Both the position numbers and the translations under genes were made by a program. A stretch of 63,847 bases of DNA, filler included, from Candidatus Woesearchaeota archaeon (GTDB taxonomy: Archaea > Nanobdellota > Nanobdellia > Woesearchaeales > GCA-2687795), in NCBI GenBank assembly GCA_030753365.1. It is 9 parts of 9 records of this genome, joined end to end, with 100 filler letters (N's around TTAATTAATTAA, not from the genome) between each part and the next. Parts side by side here need not be neighbours in the genome. Positions count along the whole stretch, not along the records: positions 52,011 to 55,198 come from JASMCJ010000045.1; positions 55,299 to 59,028 come from JASMCJ010000048.1; positions 59,129 to 61,456 come from JASMCJ010000051.1; positions 61,557 to 63,847 come from JASMCJ010000052.1; 5 more parts are not named here. The stretch is one strand, 5' to 3'. This document shows, piece by piece, positions 52,143 through 61,557 of the stretch (position 1 is its first letter; the number at the start of each line of letters is the position of its first letter). Below the pieces are notes generated by a model, which had not been told where the DNA came from, made no database searches, and saw nothing but the letters and a program-made list of their open reading frames with translations.

Positions 52143-53003
52143 ATGATAGAAATTATACTGATTATTGTGATTATAACTGCCTTAATAATCGCTTCAATAA
52201 CGGATATAAAGACAAGAGAAGTGCCTGATTGGCTAAACTATAGCTTAATAATCTCTGGATTGGCAATAAGCCTTATATATTCTCTTATAACCTCAAACTG
52301 GCTCTTTTTTGGTTATTCTGTTTCAGGAGCGTTGATATTCCTTATATTTGCTTACCTAATGTTCTATACTGCGCAATGGGGTGGTGGGGATAGCAAGATG
52401 CTTATTGGCCTTGGGGCATTGATAGGGTTTAACTTCAGTTATACAAGTCTGCTGGTGACATTTATAATAAACATACTTCTTGTTGGAGCTGTGTATGGCA
52501 TGGTATGGAGTTTTGTGCTTGTTGTTTCTAATTTTAAGAAATTCTCAAAAGAGGCAGGGAGGTTGCTGAAAAACAGGCGTATAGTAATAGTGAAAAGAAT
52601 CTTTCTGGGTATCTCTGTATTAGTGCTTGGTTATTTGATTATAGTTAAAGATGTGATGCTAAGCATGATGATGGTTTCATTGCTGACAATAACCTTTCTC
52701 ACATTATACCTTTGGGTGTTTATCAAAGCTGTTGAAAAGGTGTGCATGCTCAAATATGTAGAGCCTGAACAGTTGACAGAAGGTGACTGGATAGCAAAAG
52801 AGGTTAAAATAAAAGGAGAGTATATAACAGGACCTAAAGATTTAGGAATTGAGAAAGAGCAGATACATAAATTGATTAAGCTGAAAGAAAAAGGGAAGAT
52901 TGGCAAAGTTCTGATAAAAATAGGAATGCCATTTATACCAGTGTTCCTGATGGCTTATATTGTTTCTTTGATATGGGGAAACTTGATTTTGGGATTGCTC
53001 TAA
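52143..53003 (+). CDS. A24 family prepilin peptidase
   Basis: DIKTREVPD and GGGDSK catalytic aspartates; many TMs; GMPFIP. Confidence 0.9.
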   Translation: MIEIILIIVIITALIIASITDIKTREVPDWLNYSLIISGLAISLIYSLITSNWLFFGYSVSGALIFLIFAYLMFYTAQWGGGDSKMLIGLGALIGFNFSYTSLLVTFIINILLVGAVYGMVWSFVLVVSNFKKFSKEAGRLLKNRRIVIVKRIFLGISVLVLGYLIIVKDVMLSMMMVSLLTITFLTLYLWVFIKAVEKVCMLKYVEPEQLTEGDWIAKEVKIKGEYITGPKDLGIEKEQIHKLIKLKEKGKIGKVLIKIGMPFIPVFLMAYIVSLIWGNLILGLL

Positions 53004-53521
53004 GGAATTCTTCTCAACTGCTTAACAAGATAATTCTCTTCGCCGTCTTTCTGTTCTATCTTCTCTGTCTTTTTCTCTAGCTTTACAGGCTCTTTCTTTT
53101 CCTTATCGAACTGGCCAATGTTCTTTGTCTCTTCTTTAAGCTGAAGTTCTGCTGATTCCATCTCATCATCGCTTAACTGTTTAGGCTGCCATTGAAGGTT
53201 AATATTATCGTTCTCTCTCCTTGGAATTATATTAATGCAGAAGTGAGGAATTGTCTGGCCTGCGGTAATGCCATTGTTGACAATAATGTTAGTGCCAGTT
53301 GAGTTAATGCATTCAAACAATGCCTTGGAAAGCTTGTTGGCAATAATGAATAGATGGCCTACCACAAAGTCAGGCACATTTTCTATAATTGGATAATGCT
53401 CTTTAGGTATAATAGTTACTTTACCAGGGAAAGATGAGTCAAGGAAAGCGGCAGCTTTGTCATCCTCATAAATCATGTTCTCTTTGCTTTTGATTTGCTT
53501 ACAAAATTGGCAGTCAGGCAT
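53000..53521 (-). CDS. HIT family protein, degenerate triad (HFCIN)
   Basis: CQFC, IYED, PKEH, AGQTIPHFCINIIPR. Confidence 0.88.
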   Translation of the reverse strand: MPDCQFCKQIKSKENMIYEDDKAAAFLDSSFPGKVTIIPKEHYPIIENVPDFVVGHLFIIANKLSKALFECINSTGTNIIVNNGITAGQTIPHFCINIIPRRENDNINLQWQPKQLSDDEMESAELQLKEETKNIGQFDKEKKEPVKLEKKTEKIEQKDGEENYLVKQLRRIP

Positions 53522-53522
53522 T

Positions 53523-54254
53523 TTATAAATTATTCAGGACGTTAGTAATATCGTCAAGGCTAGCTTCCTCTTCCTCCTTCTTTTTTTTACTTTTCTTAGC
53601 TGTTGATTTCTTCTTGATTTTCTTCTCTATCTCTTTGAACTCTGCGTCAACAATTTTTTGTTTTGTTTTCTTAGGCTTCTTTTCTTCTTTCTTTTCCTTC
53701 TCTTTATCTTCTGCTTTCTTAGGCTTCTCTTCCTTTATGCCGAAGATTTCATTAACCTTCTTTGTGACAATTTCTTTGAGTTTCTCCATGTCAGGCTTGC
53801 TGACAGCCATCTTAGGAACAGTCAATGGAAGGTTATCATTCTTATTCCTTGGGATGATATGCATCATGAAGTGCTGAGCTTTCTGGCCTGCGCTCATTCC
53901 ATTAGCAATAAAGATGTTAGTACCTTCAACTTTCAGAGCTTTTAGCATTGCGTTAGAGAGCGCTTTAGCAACCATTGAAATATAACTTATCAAGTCATCA
54001 GGCATCAAAGGCATTATAGCATAATGTTCCTTTGGCAAAAGAAGTATATGGCCTGCGTTGGCAGGATTTATGTCCAGAACAGCGATAACCTTATCATCCT
54101 CATAAACCTTTTTAGCCTGCATCTTGCCCTCTGCAATATGGCAGAAGATGCACTGCTGTTTCTGAAATTCCTTGAGCTCTTCAGGGCTCATGTTTTTGAC
54201 CTTTTCCTGCATAGCCTGTGCCTGCTCGGGAGTCATCTGGCTGTTAGGTTCCAT
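53523..54254 (-). CDS. HIT family protein, degenerate triad (HFMMH), K/E-rich tail
   Basis: CIFC, LDINPANAGH, PKEH, AGQKAQHFMMHIIPR. Confidence 0.9.
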   Translation of the reverse strand: MEPNSQMTPEQAQAMQEKVKNMSPEELKEFQKQQCIFCHIAEGKMQAKKVYEDDKVIAVLDINPANAGHILLLPKEHYAIMPLMPDDLISYISMVAKALSNAMLKALKVEGTNIFIANGMSAGQKAQHFMMHIIPRNKNDNLPLTVPKMAVSKPDMEKLKEIVTKKVNEIFGIKEEKPKKAEDKEKEKKEEKKPKKTKQKIVDAEFKEIEKKIKKKSTAKKSKKKKEEEEASLDDITNVLNNL

Positions 54255-54312
54255 AGATACTTACTTTTTAATAGTTAGATTTAAATATTGTGGTTTTTAA
54301 GAACATATTAGG

Positions 54313-54816
54313 ATGAACCTTGCAAATAAAATAACACTGCTTAGAATACTTCTTATACCTGTTTTTGTGTTGTTTCTTGTTTGGAATGTTAAGTATATAG
54401 CTGCAGTCATGTTCCTCTTAATAGCATTGACAGATGCGTTAGATGGTTATATTGCAAGGAAAAGAAAAGAAGTGACAGAGCTTGGCAAACTGATAGACCC
54501 ATTGGCAGACAAACTGCTTGTATCAGCAGCTTTAATATTTCTTATAGGAAAAGGCATACCCGCATGGATGGTTTTCCTTATAATAGCAAGAGAATTTGCT
54601 GTAACAGGGTTAAGGGTGTTAGCAGCGTCAAAACATGGAGGTATAATACATGCAAGCAAATTAGGAAAGGCTAAAACTATATCTCAGTTTGTTGGCATTA
54701 TTGCTGTGATTATTGGATTGAGGTATTCTTGGATTATGATGTTGGCAGCTACTCTGTTTACAGTGGTTTCAGGAATTGATTATTTTATTAAGAATAGAAA
54801 GGTTTTTCGTATTTAA
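54313..54816 (+). CDS. pgsA: CDP-alcohol phosphatidyltransferase, PgsA-like
   Basis: NLAN.IT..R, DALDGYIAR...T.LG...DPLADK, ASKLGK.KT..Q. Confidence 0.88.
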   Translation: MNLANKITLLRILLIPVFVLFLVWNVKYIAAVMFLLIALTDALDGYIARKRKEVTELGKLIDPLADKLLVSAALIFLIGKGIPAWMVFLIIAREFAVTGLRVLAASKHGGIIHASKLGKAKTISQFVGIIAVIIGLRYSWIMMLAATLFTVVSGIDYFIKNRKVFRI

Positions 54817-54880
54817 TTGTTAGGCTAAATACACATATAAAACAAAAACGTTTATATATCAGCTTCTGTTTTTCATAACT

Positions 54881-55153
54881 ATGATAAAGATATTAGAAGA
54901 AACCAAACATAAGCTGGTGTTTAATATTGAGGGAAAGACTCATAGTTTCTGTAATATATTGAGGAAAGAATTGCTGGAAGATAAGCATGTGAAAATAGCT
55001 GCTTATAAAGTGAGTCATCCTTTAATGGATGTATCAGAGATGGTAGTGGAAACTGACAGCCAAAAGGAGCCTAAAACAGCCTTAATAGATGCTGCTAAGA
55101 GGCTTAAAAAAGTTGCAGATGACCTAGAGAAAGAATTTGCAAAAGCAGTATAA
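54881..55153 (+). CDS. rpoL: RNA polymerase subunit L (Rpo11)
   Basis: G.THSFCN.LR..L, AAY...HPL. Confidence 0.92.
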   Translation: MIKILEETKHKLVFNIEGKTHSFCNILRKELLEDKHVKIAAYKVSHPLMDVSEMVVETDSQKEPKTALIDAAKRLKKVADDLEKEFAKAV

Positions 55154-55298
55154 GAATCTTGTTTCAAGATGAAACTAACTCTTGATGATGGAAAATCANN
55201 NNNNNNNNNNNNNNNNNNNNNNNNNNNNNNNNNNNNNNNNNNTTAATTAATTAANNNNNNNNNNNNNNNNNNNNNNNNNNNNNNNNNNNNNNNNNNNN

Positions 55299-55399
55299 TC
55301 TTGAGGTAATTTCACTTCTATAGGTTCTGCTCCTAGTTTTACCAATATTCTTGCGTGTTCTCTTACATCTCCTTGTAAAGCTAAGATTCCTACTTTCAT
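55299..55399 (-). CDS. pdxT: PLP synthase glutaminase subunit, N-terminal fragment (not in ORF track)
   Basis: [33 protein letters not shown] directly after pdxS. Confidence 0.9.
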
Positions 55400-55469
55400 T
55401 TTTGTGCATGCCTGCACACAAGCGTGTTGGGATGCCTACGGCATCCCGAAACAGGCACTCTATAACTTT

Positions 55470-56360
55470 TCAATACCCACGTTCTTGCATCTTAAGCTCT
55501 AATTTCTCAATCTCTAAGCCTTTCATTGACTCTCCTAAGCCTTTAGAGACTTTTGCAACTATTTCTGGTTTATCGTAATGAGTTGTAGCTTCAACAATTG
55601 CTTTGGCTATTTTCTCCGGGTTTTCAGATTTAAAGACTCCAGAGCCAACAAAAATTCCATCACATCCTAGAAGCATCATCAAAGCTGCATCAGCCGGTGT
55701 CGCAACACCACCAGCTGCGAAATTTACAACAGGAAGCCTTTGCATATTTCTTGTTTGGTCTAAAAGCATAAAAGGGACTCTCATCTTAACTGCTTCTTTT
55801 TTAAGCTGCCTTTGTGGCATTTTTTTAAGAGCTTCAATTTCTTCATTTATCAGATTTATATGCTTGACAGCCTCAATTATATTCCCGGTTCCTGGTTCTC
55901 CTTTTGTCCTTATCATTGCTGCTCCTTCATTTATTCTGCGCAAAGCTTCTCCTAAATTCCTGGCACCGCATACAAATGGAACCTTAAAGGAATGCTTGTC
56001 AATGTGAATGTCAGATGCAGGAGTCAGAACCTCACTTTCATCAACATAATCCACACCTAAGCTTTGTAGAATTTGAGCTTCTGCAAGATGCCCTATCCTG
56101 GCTTTAGCCATAACTGGGATAGTAACTGCTCTCATGATCTCTTTTACTTTTTTTGGGTCAGCCATCCTTGCAACTAGACCCAATTTCCTTATATCCGCAG
56201 GAACCCTTTCAAGAGCCATGACTGCTACTGCACCTGCTTCTTCAGCTATCTTAGCCTGCTCAGCAGAAACAACATCCATTATAACACCGCCTTTAAGCAT
56301 CTCTGCAAGGCCTTTCTTCAATCTAAAAGTTCCAGTACTGCCATTAGTATCCATAACCAT
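55470..56360 (-). CDS. pdxS: PLP synthase lyase subunit
   Basis: [41 protein letters not shown]. Confidence 0.97.
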   Translation of the reverse strand: MVMDTNGSTGTFRLKKGLAEMLKGGVIMDVVSAEQAKIAEEAGAVAVMALERVPADIRKLGLVARMADPKKVKEIMRAVTIPVMAKARIGHLAEAQILQSLGVDYVDESEVLTPASDIHIDKHSFKVPFVCGARNLGEALRRINEGAAMIRTKGEPGTGNIIEAVKHINLINEEIEALKKMPQRQLKKEAVKMRVPFMLLDQTRNMQRLPVVNFAAGGVATPADAALMMLLGCDGIFVGSGVFKSENPEKIAKAIVEATTHYDKPEIVAKVSKGLGESMKGLEIEKLELKMQERGY

Positions 56361-56457
56361 CCCAATAGTAAGAAATTCAGATAAGAATTTAAAGGTTGCG
56401 AAAGATAATTGTTGTTAATAGCAAAATATATAAATCAGTTATCACTGTAAAATTGTC

Positions 56458-57963
56458 ATGAAGTATTTAAAGAGGTTTTTAGCTCTGCAGCTTTTATTCT
56501 TAGCCATAATTCCAATAGCTTTTGGAGAAATTATAGTGGATATTTCAGAAAAAGATATCTATAATCTTGGAGAGAAAGTTATTCCTACTGTATCTGTCAA
56601 GGAAAGCCAGGATTACAGCGGTTTCTTTAAGCTGAGTATTTTTTGTGATAATTATGAGTTACAATACTATACTATACCATTAAGCTTAGAAACTGACTTT
56701 AGGACGCAGCTGACTGTACCAGAGCTTTTATTAGCAGAATCCATGGCAAGCAAATGCAGGTTAAGGGCAGATTTTGAATTAAGCGATGGAGCTAAGATTG
56801 ATAGTACATGGTCAGAATACTTTTTTGTGACAGATGAATTAAATGTAACTGTAGACAGCAGTTTAGAAGCAAAACCAGGAGAAGATGTTGTTATTTCAGG
56901 ACAAGTAAAAAAACAAAGTAATGAAATTATGTCAAAAGGAGAATCAAAAATAAGTTTCAGAAACAAGGAAAACAAAGTTGATACTATTTCTGGGAAATTT
57001 GAACATATAATTCATTTAGACGAAGATGTTAAAGCAGGAACACTTTCATTTCTTGTTGTAGCAACTGATAAATATGGCAATTACGGAGACAAGATTTTGG
57101 ATTTTGAAGTATTACCCATACCAACAAGAATCGAGAACCGTTTTGAGAATAATGTTCTGATGCCTGGTGATAAGTTAAGAGTAAAGGCCATTCTTTATGA
57201 CCATAGCAACCTGGCTATGGATAATAGTGAAATTAATGTCAAGGTTCTGGATTCGGATGAAAAGCTCATTGTGGAAAAAGATGTACAAAGTTCTAATTCT
57301 CTTGAATTTGAGATGGGAGAAAATCAAAAACCAGGAAATTATTTCTTGCTTAGCACATTTGAAAACATTAAACAGCAAAGCAGCTTTGAAATGGGTATTG
57401 TAAGGGAGATTACAATGGAACAGGAAGGAAATTTTGTGCATGTTGAGAATATTGGAAATGTTAATTATGGGGATGAAGTGACCATAATCCTGGAAAGCGA
57501 TGATAAAAATTACCCGATAAATGAGAAAATTAACCTAGAACCAGGAGAAAAGATTACAATAGACCTTTCAAAAGAGGTTCCACAAGGAACTTATGATATT
57601 ATACTCCCAGAAGAAATTGTTGATGATACTGTCCAAGGTGAAGACACTAATGGTAGCAGTGGCCAGCCTGAAGATTCTACAGATGTAGCTGGACCAGTTA
57701 ATATAATACAAGATGTGCAAATTGATGATAACAGGAATGTGATAAAGAAAATAACCGGAGAAGTTGTCGGAGCAGCCGGTTACGTTGCTTCAAAACCATT
57801 GCTTGCTTCTACATTCCTTATTTTGATAATTCTGGGAACTGTGACACGTTATAGCTGGGGTTTTATAAAAAACAGGATAAAAGGGAAAAAAGAAGATAGT
57901 ACTGAAGACTTATTTGGAGATTTTAAATATGAGGAAGATGGAGATAATAAGCCTGGAGATTAA
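56458..57963 (+). CDS. Secreted protein with Ig-like beta domains and C-terminal TM anchor
   Basis: Signal peptide; beta-rich acidic body; TM near the C-terminus. Confidence 0.75.
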   Translation: MKYLKRFLALQLLFLAIIPIAFGEIIVDISEKDIYNLGEKVIPTVSVKESQDYSGFFKLSIFCDNYELQYYTIPLSLETDFRTQLTVPELLLAESMASKCRLRADFELSDGAKIDSTWSEYFFVTDELNVTVDSSLEAKPGEDVVISGQVKKQSNEIMSKGESKISFRNKENKVDTISGKFEHIIHLDEDVKAGTLSFLVVATDKYGNYGDKILDFEVLPIPTRIENRFENNVLMPGDKLRVKAILYDHSNLAMDNSEINVKVLDSDEKLIVEKDVQSSNSLEFEMGENQKPGNYFLLSTFENIKQQSSFEMGIVREITMEQEGNFVHVENIGNVNYGDEVTIILESDDKNYPINEKINLEPGEKITIDLSKEVPQGTYDIILPEEIVDDTVQGEDTNGSSGQPEDSTDVAGPVNIIQDVQIDDNRNVIKKITGEVVGAAGYVASKPLLASTFLILIILGTVTRYSWGFIKNRIKGKKEDSTEDLFGDFKYEEDGDNKPGD

Positions 57964-58330
57964 AAAGATTGAAATAGGAAGATTTTTCCCTAAAGAGGAT
58001 AAAGTAGAGTTAAATGTATCTTTTAATGATGGTTCTGATAAGGAAATATTTAAGGTAGTTGATATATCTGATTCTGAAAATGCTGCTGAAAGCATCTTGG
58101 CTGATTTAAGGAAAATGGAAAAAAGTATCCATAAACCTAACGGAGATAAAGAGTTAGTTGTTGATAACTTTGTGAATATTGTAGTAAAAAATGAAGATAA
58201 TACGATAAAAGAAGCTTCTGAATTCATTCAAAAAATAAAAAATAAGATAGATGAAATCAAGAGCAAGAATGTAGCAGAAGGATATTTGGATATAATAAGA
58301 GAGCTGAAGGGTTTGAAGATAGAATTTTAA
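57938..58330 (+). CDS. Hypothetical protein
   Basis: Overlaps the end of the upstream gene; start uncertain (57914/57929/57938). Confidence 0.65.
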   Translation: MEIISLEIKKIEIGRFFPKEDKVELNVSFNDGSDKEIFKVVDISDSENAAESILADLRKMEKSIHKPNGDKELVVDNFVNIVVKNEDNTIKEASEFIQKIKNKIDEIKSKNVAEGYLDIIRELKGLKIEF

Positions 58331-58339
58331 TCGAAATCC

Positions 58340-58927
58340 TTAATTATATTGCCTTCTCTTAAGATTTGCAGTCTTGCTGGGCCTGAACTTTTCAACGCCT
58401 TTGCCTTTATTGTTCCTTAAGCCCCTACTTTTTTTTGCAGCAGAAGTCAAGCCCCTAAATGCCCTGCCTTTATGCTTGGATTTAAATATCCAGTTTATCC
58501 TTGAATCTGCAAGAGTTTGCGGATGCACTCTATCAACTAAAATAACCTCATACCAAAGACAAATTCCATCCTCTCCTACATAATAGCTGTTTAAGACTTC
58601 GCAATTGGGATATTTTCTGGAAACTCTTTCTTCAGCAACTGATTGGTAGCTTTTATCTAGGTCTTTTCTTTGTCCAAAATGTTTGCTTCTTCTTCCATGC
58701 CTTATTGTTTCTCTTTGCCTTCCGCCTCTGTCAACTCTTTGCCTTATTATAATATAACCTTGTTTTGCTTTATAGCCTAGAGACCTTGCTCTATCTATTC
58801 TTGTAGGTCTTTTAATCCTCGCAGTAACATTTTCATCTTTCCATTCAAGAATTCGCTTTTGCCAGATATCTCCTAGATTACTTCTAGGATTCTTCCAAAT
58901 CTCTCTAATATGTTTATAAATTCCCAT
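58340..58927 (-). CDS. rpl15e: 50S ribosomal protein L15e (copy 2)
   Basis: RPTRIDRARSLGYKAKQG, YPNCEVLNSYYV, RAFRGLTSA. Confidence 0.97.
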   Translation of the reverse strand: MGIYKHIREIWKNPRSNLGDIWQKRILEWKDENVTARIKRPTRIDRARSLGYKAKQGYIIIRQRVDRGGRQRETIRHGRRSKHFGQRKDLDKSYQSVAEERVSRKYPNCEVLNSYYVGEDGICLWYEVILVDRVHPQTLADSRINWIFKSKHKGRAFRGLTSAAKKSRGLRNNKGKGVEKFRPSKTANLKRRQYN

Positions 58928-59128
58928 TTTAGCTTCCTTCAAAATTATTTAAATTTACAAATTTGAGATTCAGGCAAGCAACTACCCACATTTCTCTTTG
59001 TGGAGGAACATACCTCCATTTATAAAATNNNNNNNNNNNNNNNNNNNNNNNNNNNNNNNNNNNNNNNNNNNNTTAATTAATTAANNNNNNNNNNNNNNNN
59101 NNNNNNNNNNNNNNNNNNNNNNNNNNNN

Positions 59129-59689
59129 TGCAGGGACACCTAATAATAAACGAGCTGTAAAAAATAAATGGAGATAAAACACGCTCATCATAAAAGAAGA
59201 TAAGAGTCCTATCCTCTTACTAAATAACTTTTTCCCTACTAAATATGTTAAAAAAACTCCTGCTACAGAAAATAGCAATTCAGTTATTCTTAATCCAAAT
59301 TCTCCTATTTTTATTCTGTATAATAATGACCATAAGAATGGTATCCCAATTTCTTTATTAAGCACATTAGAATATACATTTCCATTTGCTAAATCCCTTG
59401 CTAAATTAAGATATATTGCCTCATCCCACCAAATTGCCTCATTAATATTAAAATAATACAGCCTTATCCCAAATGCAAATAAAAGAATACAAACAAGAGC
59501 AAAATTATAAGGCTCCAACACCCAGCCCCAAAATCTATTCTTCCCTTTTAACTTACCAATACTTTTCCTAATACCAACTTTCTCCTTAATCTCTCCTCTT
59601 CCAGAAAGAAACTCCCTTACCTCAACCCCGCACCACTTACAAAACCTTCCTACTTCATTAATTCCTTTACCGCACTTAGGACAGAACAT
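59129..59689 (-). CDS. GT-C (ArnT/PMT-like) glycosyltransferase with N-terminal Zn ribbon; 3'-truncated
   Basis: MFCPKCG...FCKWCG; IRL...WWDEAIY after TM1; further TMs. Confidence 0.8.
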
Positions 59690-59811
59690 ATTATCAAGAA
59701 TTAGTTATCTTCTTATGTAAATATCTTTCTATACTCAATCATTATAATAAAAACTTTTATATATTAGTTCATATTATTTAGAATAACAAGAACTAACTTA
59801 AGGTGATATCA

Positions 59812-60081
59812 ATGACAGAAACAGTATCAATGAACCTCAAAGTAAATGAATATGCAAACAGAGTCTTAGGCGTAATTAAAGAGAAATTTGGATTAAGGAA
59901 TAAAGCTGAAGCTCTAGATAGATTTGCGGATATGTTTGGTGAGGAATTTGTAGAAAAAGAAGTAAAAGAAGAATTAGTCTCTCAGATGGTTAAAGACTGC
60001 GAGGAATGGGAAAAGAAACACAACTTCAAGAGAAAGATGACTATAAAAGAGTTGGATGCTCTGTGTGGTGTAAATGTTTGA
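59812..60081 (+). CDS. Antitoxin, RHH-like (DUF2683-like)
   Basis: ANRVLGVIK.KFGL.NK.EA; AGGTGA Shine-Dalgarno; upstream inverted repeat ttagttc/gaactaa (59764-96); overlaps toxin gene. Confidence 0.75.
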   Translation: MTETVSMNLKVNEYANRVLGVIKEKFGLRNKAEALDRFADMFGEEFVEKEVKEELVSQMVKDCEEWEKKHNFKRKMTIKELDALCGVNV

Positions 60082-60349
60082 TTTTGATATTTCTGATGAA
60101 CTAAAAATAGTAATAAGAAAACTAGCAAAGAAAGATAGAGCAAGGGTTACTATTCTAAACAAGAAGATTAAAGAAATAATAAGTAATGATAATACCACAA
60201 TAGACAGATACAAAAATTGCAGATATGATTTAAAGGATTATAAAAGGATTCATATAGACAAAAGTTTTGTGTTATTATTCAAAATCAATAAAGAAAAGAA
60301 CATAATCTACTTCTGGAAATTAAAGCATCATGATGATGTTTATATATGA
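60074..60349 (+). CDS. RelE/YafQ-like toxin
   Basis: Basic 91 aa; L.DYKRIHI..SFVL.F, HHD..Y C-terminus. Confidence 0.85.
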   Translation: MFDFDISDELKIVIRKLAKKDRARVTILNKKIKEIISNDNTTIDRYKNCRYDLKDYKRIHIDKSFVLLFKINKEKNIIYFWKLKHHDDVYI

Positions 60350-60393
60350 ATTTTTCACAAATCTTTAAATAACTCCAAACAACACCTTCTTCT

Positions 60394-61383
60394 ATGGACA
60401 TCCTTCCCATAGCTTGCTTAACCATAACTTTCTTCTCATCACTGCTCTTAACCAAATGGTGGATTATAAGAGCAAGAAAAGCAGGCTTAGTTGCCAAAGA
60501 CATGCACAAGCCTGAAAGGACAGCAACAGAAATGGGCGGTCTCCCCGTCTTAATAAGCTTCCTATTCGGCATACTCCTATATACTGGCTACAGAACCTTC
60601 TTCAAGTCAGCCTTAGAATTCAACCTTGAAATCCTTGCAGTCGTCTCAACCATAACAATCATTGCAATAATTGGCATTATGGATGACATCCTTGGCTGGA
60701 AACTCGGCTTGAAACAATGGCAGAAACCATTGCTATGCTTATTCGCAGCCCTGCCTGTAATGATGATAAACATTGGCCAATCCTCAATGCTCCTTCCCTT
60801 AATAGGAGAAATCAACCTTGGAATCCTATATCCTCTCTTAGTAGTCCCACTAGCAATAAGCTTTGCAGCAAACGGCTTCAACATGCTCGCAGGCTATAAT
60901 GGCTTAGAAGCTGGAATGGGTATCATCATCCTAACAACCTTAGGTTTTCTTGCATGGTTCTCACAAGGCTTTCCAAGAGTAGCCATGTTAGCCTTTGTCA
61001 TGGTAGCATCATTAACAGCATTTCTTCTATACAACAAATATCCTGCCAAAATCTTCCCTGGCAACACTTTAACATATACCTTAGGAGCCTTAATAGCCAT
61101 AATAGCTATCCTAAGCAACACAGAAAAAATAGCCCTATTCCTCTTCATTCCTTATATCTTAGAATTCCTTCTAAAATCAAGAGGAAACTTCAAAAAAGAA
61201 AGCTTTGCAAAACCATCAAACAATTCATTAGACTTACCTTACAAAAAAATATACGGCTTAGAACACTTAGCAATATTCCTAATAAAAAAGCTCAAAAGAA
61301 AAGCTTATGAAAAAGATGTTGTTTACACAATCATAAGCTTAGAAATCTTTTTAGCAATGTTTGCAATATTATTAACACTCTAA
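60394..61383 (+). CDS. Polyprenyl-phosphate GlcNAc-1-phosphate transferase (AglH/GPT/MraY-like)
   Basis: D.HK, EMGG, G.MDD, FNMLAGYNGLE, N.YPA.IFPG. Confidence 0.88.
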   Translation: MDILPIACLTITFFSSLLLTKWWIIRARKAGLVAKDMHKPERTATEMGGLPVLISFLFGILLYTGYRTFFKSALEFNLEILAVVSTITIIAIIGIMDDILGWKLGLKQWQKPLLCLFAALPVMMINIGQSSMLLPLIGEINLGILYPLLVVPLAISFAANGFNMLAGYNGLEAGMGIIILTTLGFLAWFSQGFPRVAMLAFVMVASLTAFLLYNKYPAKIFPGNTLTYTLGALIAIIAILSNTEKIALFLFIPYILEFLLKSRGNFKKESFAKPSNNSLDLPYKKIYGLEHLAIFLIKKLKRKAYEKDVVYTIISLEIFLAMFAILLTL

Positions 61384-61385
61384 AA

Positions 61386-61456
61386 ATGCGCAAAGGAAAA
61401 CCAGAAATAATCTTCTCACTCATCTTCGGAATACTCTCAAAATTCTTTGCTTACTT
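61386..61456 (+). CDS. N-terminal fragment of a membrane protein
   Basis: MRKGKPEIIFSLIFGILSKFFAY, then contig end. Confidence 0.35.
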
Positions 61457-61557
61457 NNNNNNNNNNNNNNNNNNNNNNNNNNNNNNNNNNNNNNNNNNNN
61501 TTAATTAATTAANNNNNNNNNNNNNNNNNNNNNNNNNNNNNNNNNNNNNNNNNNNNA

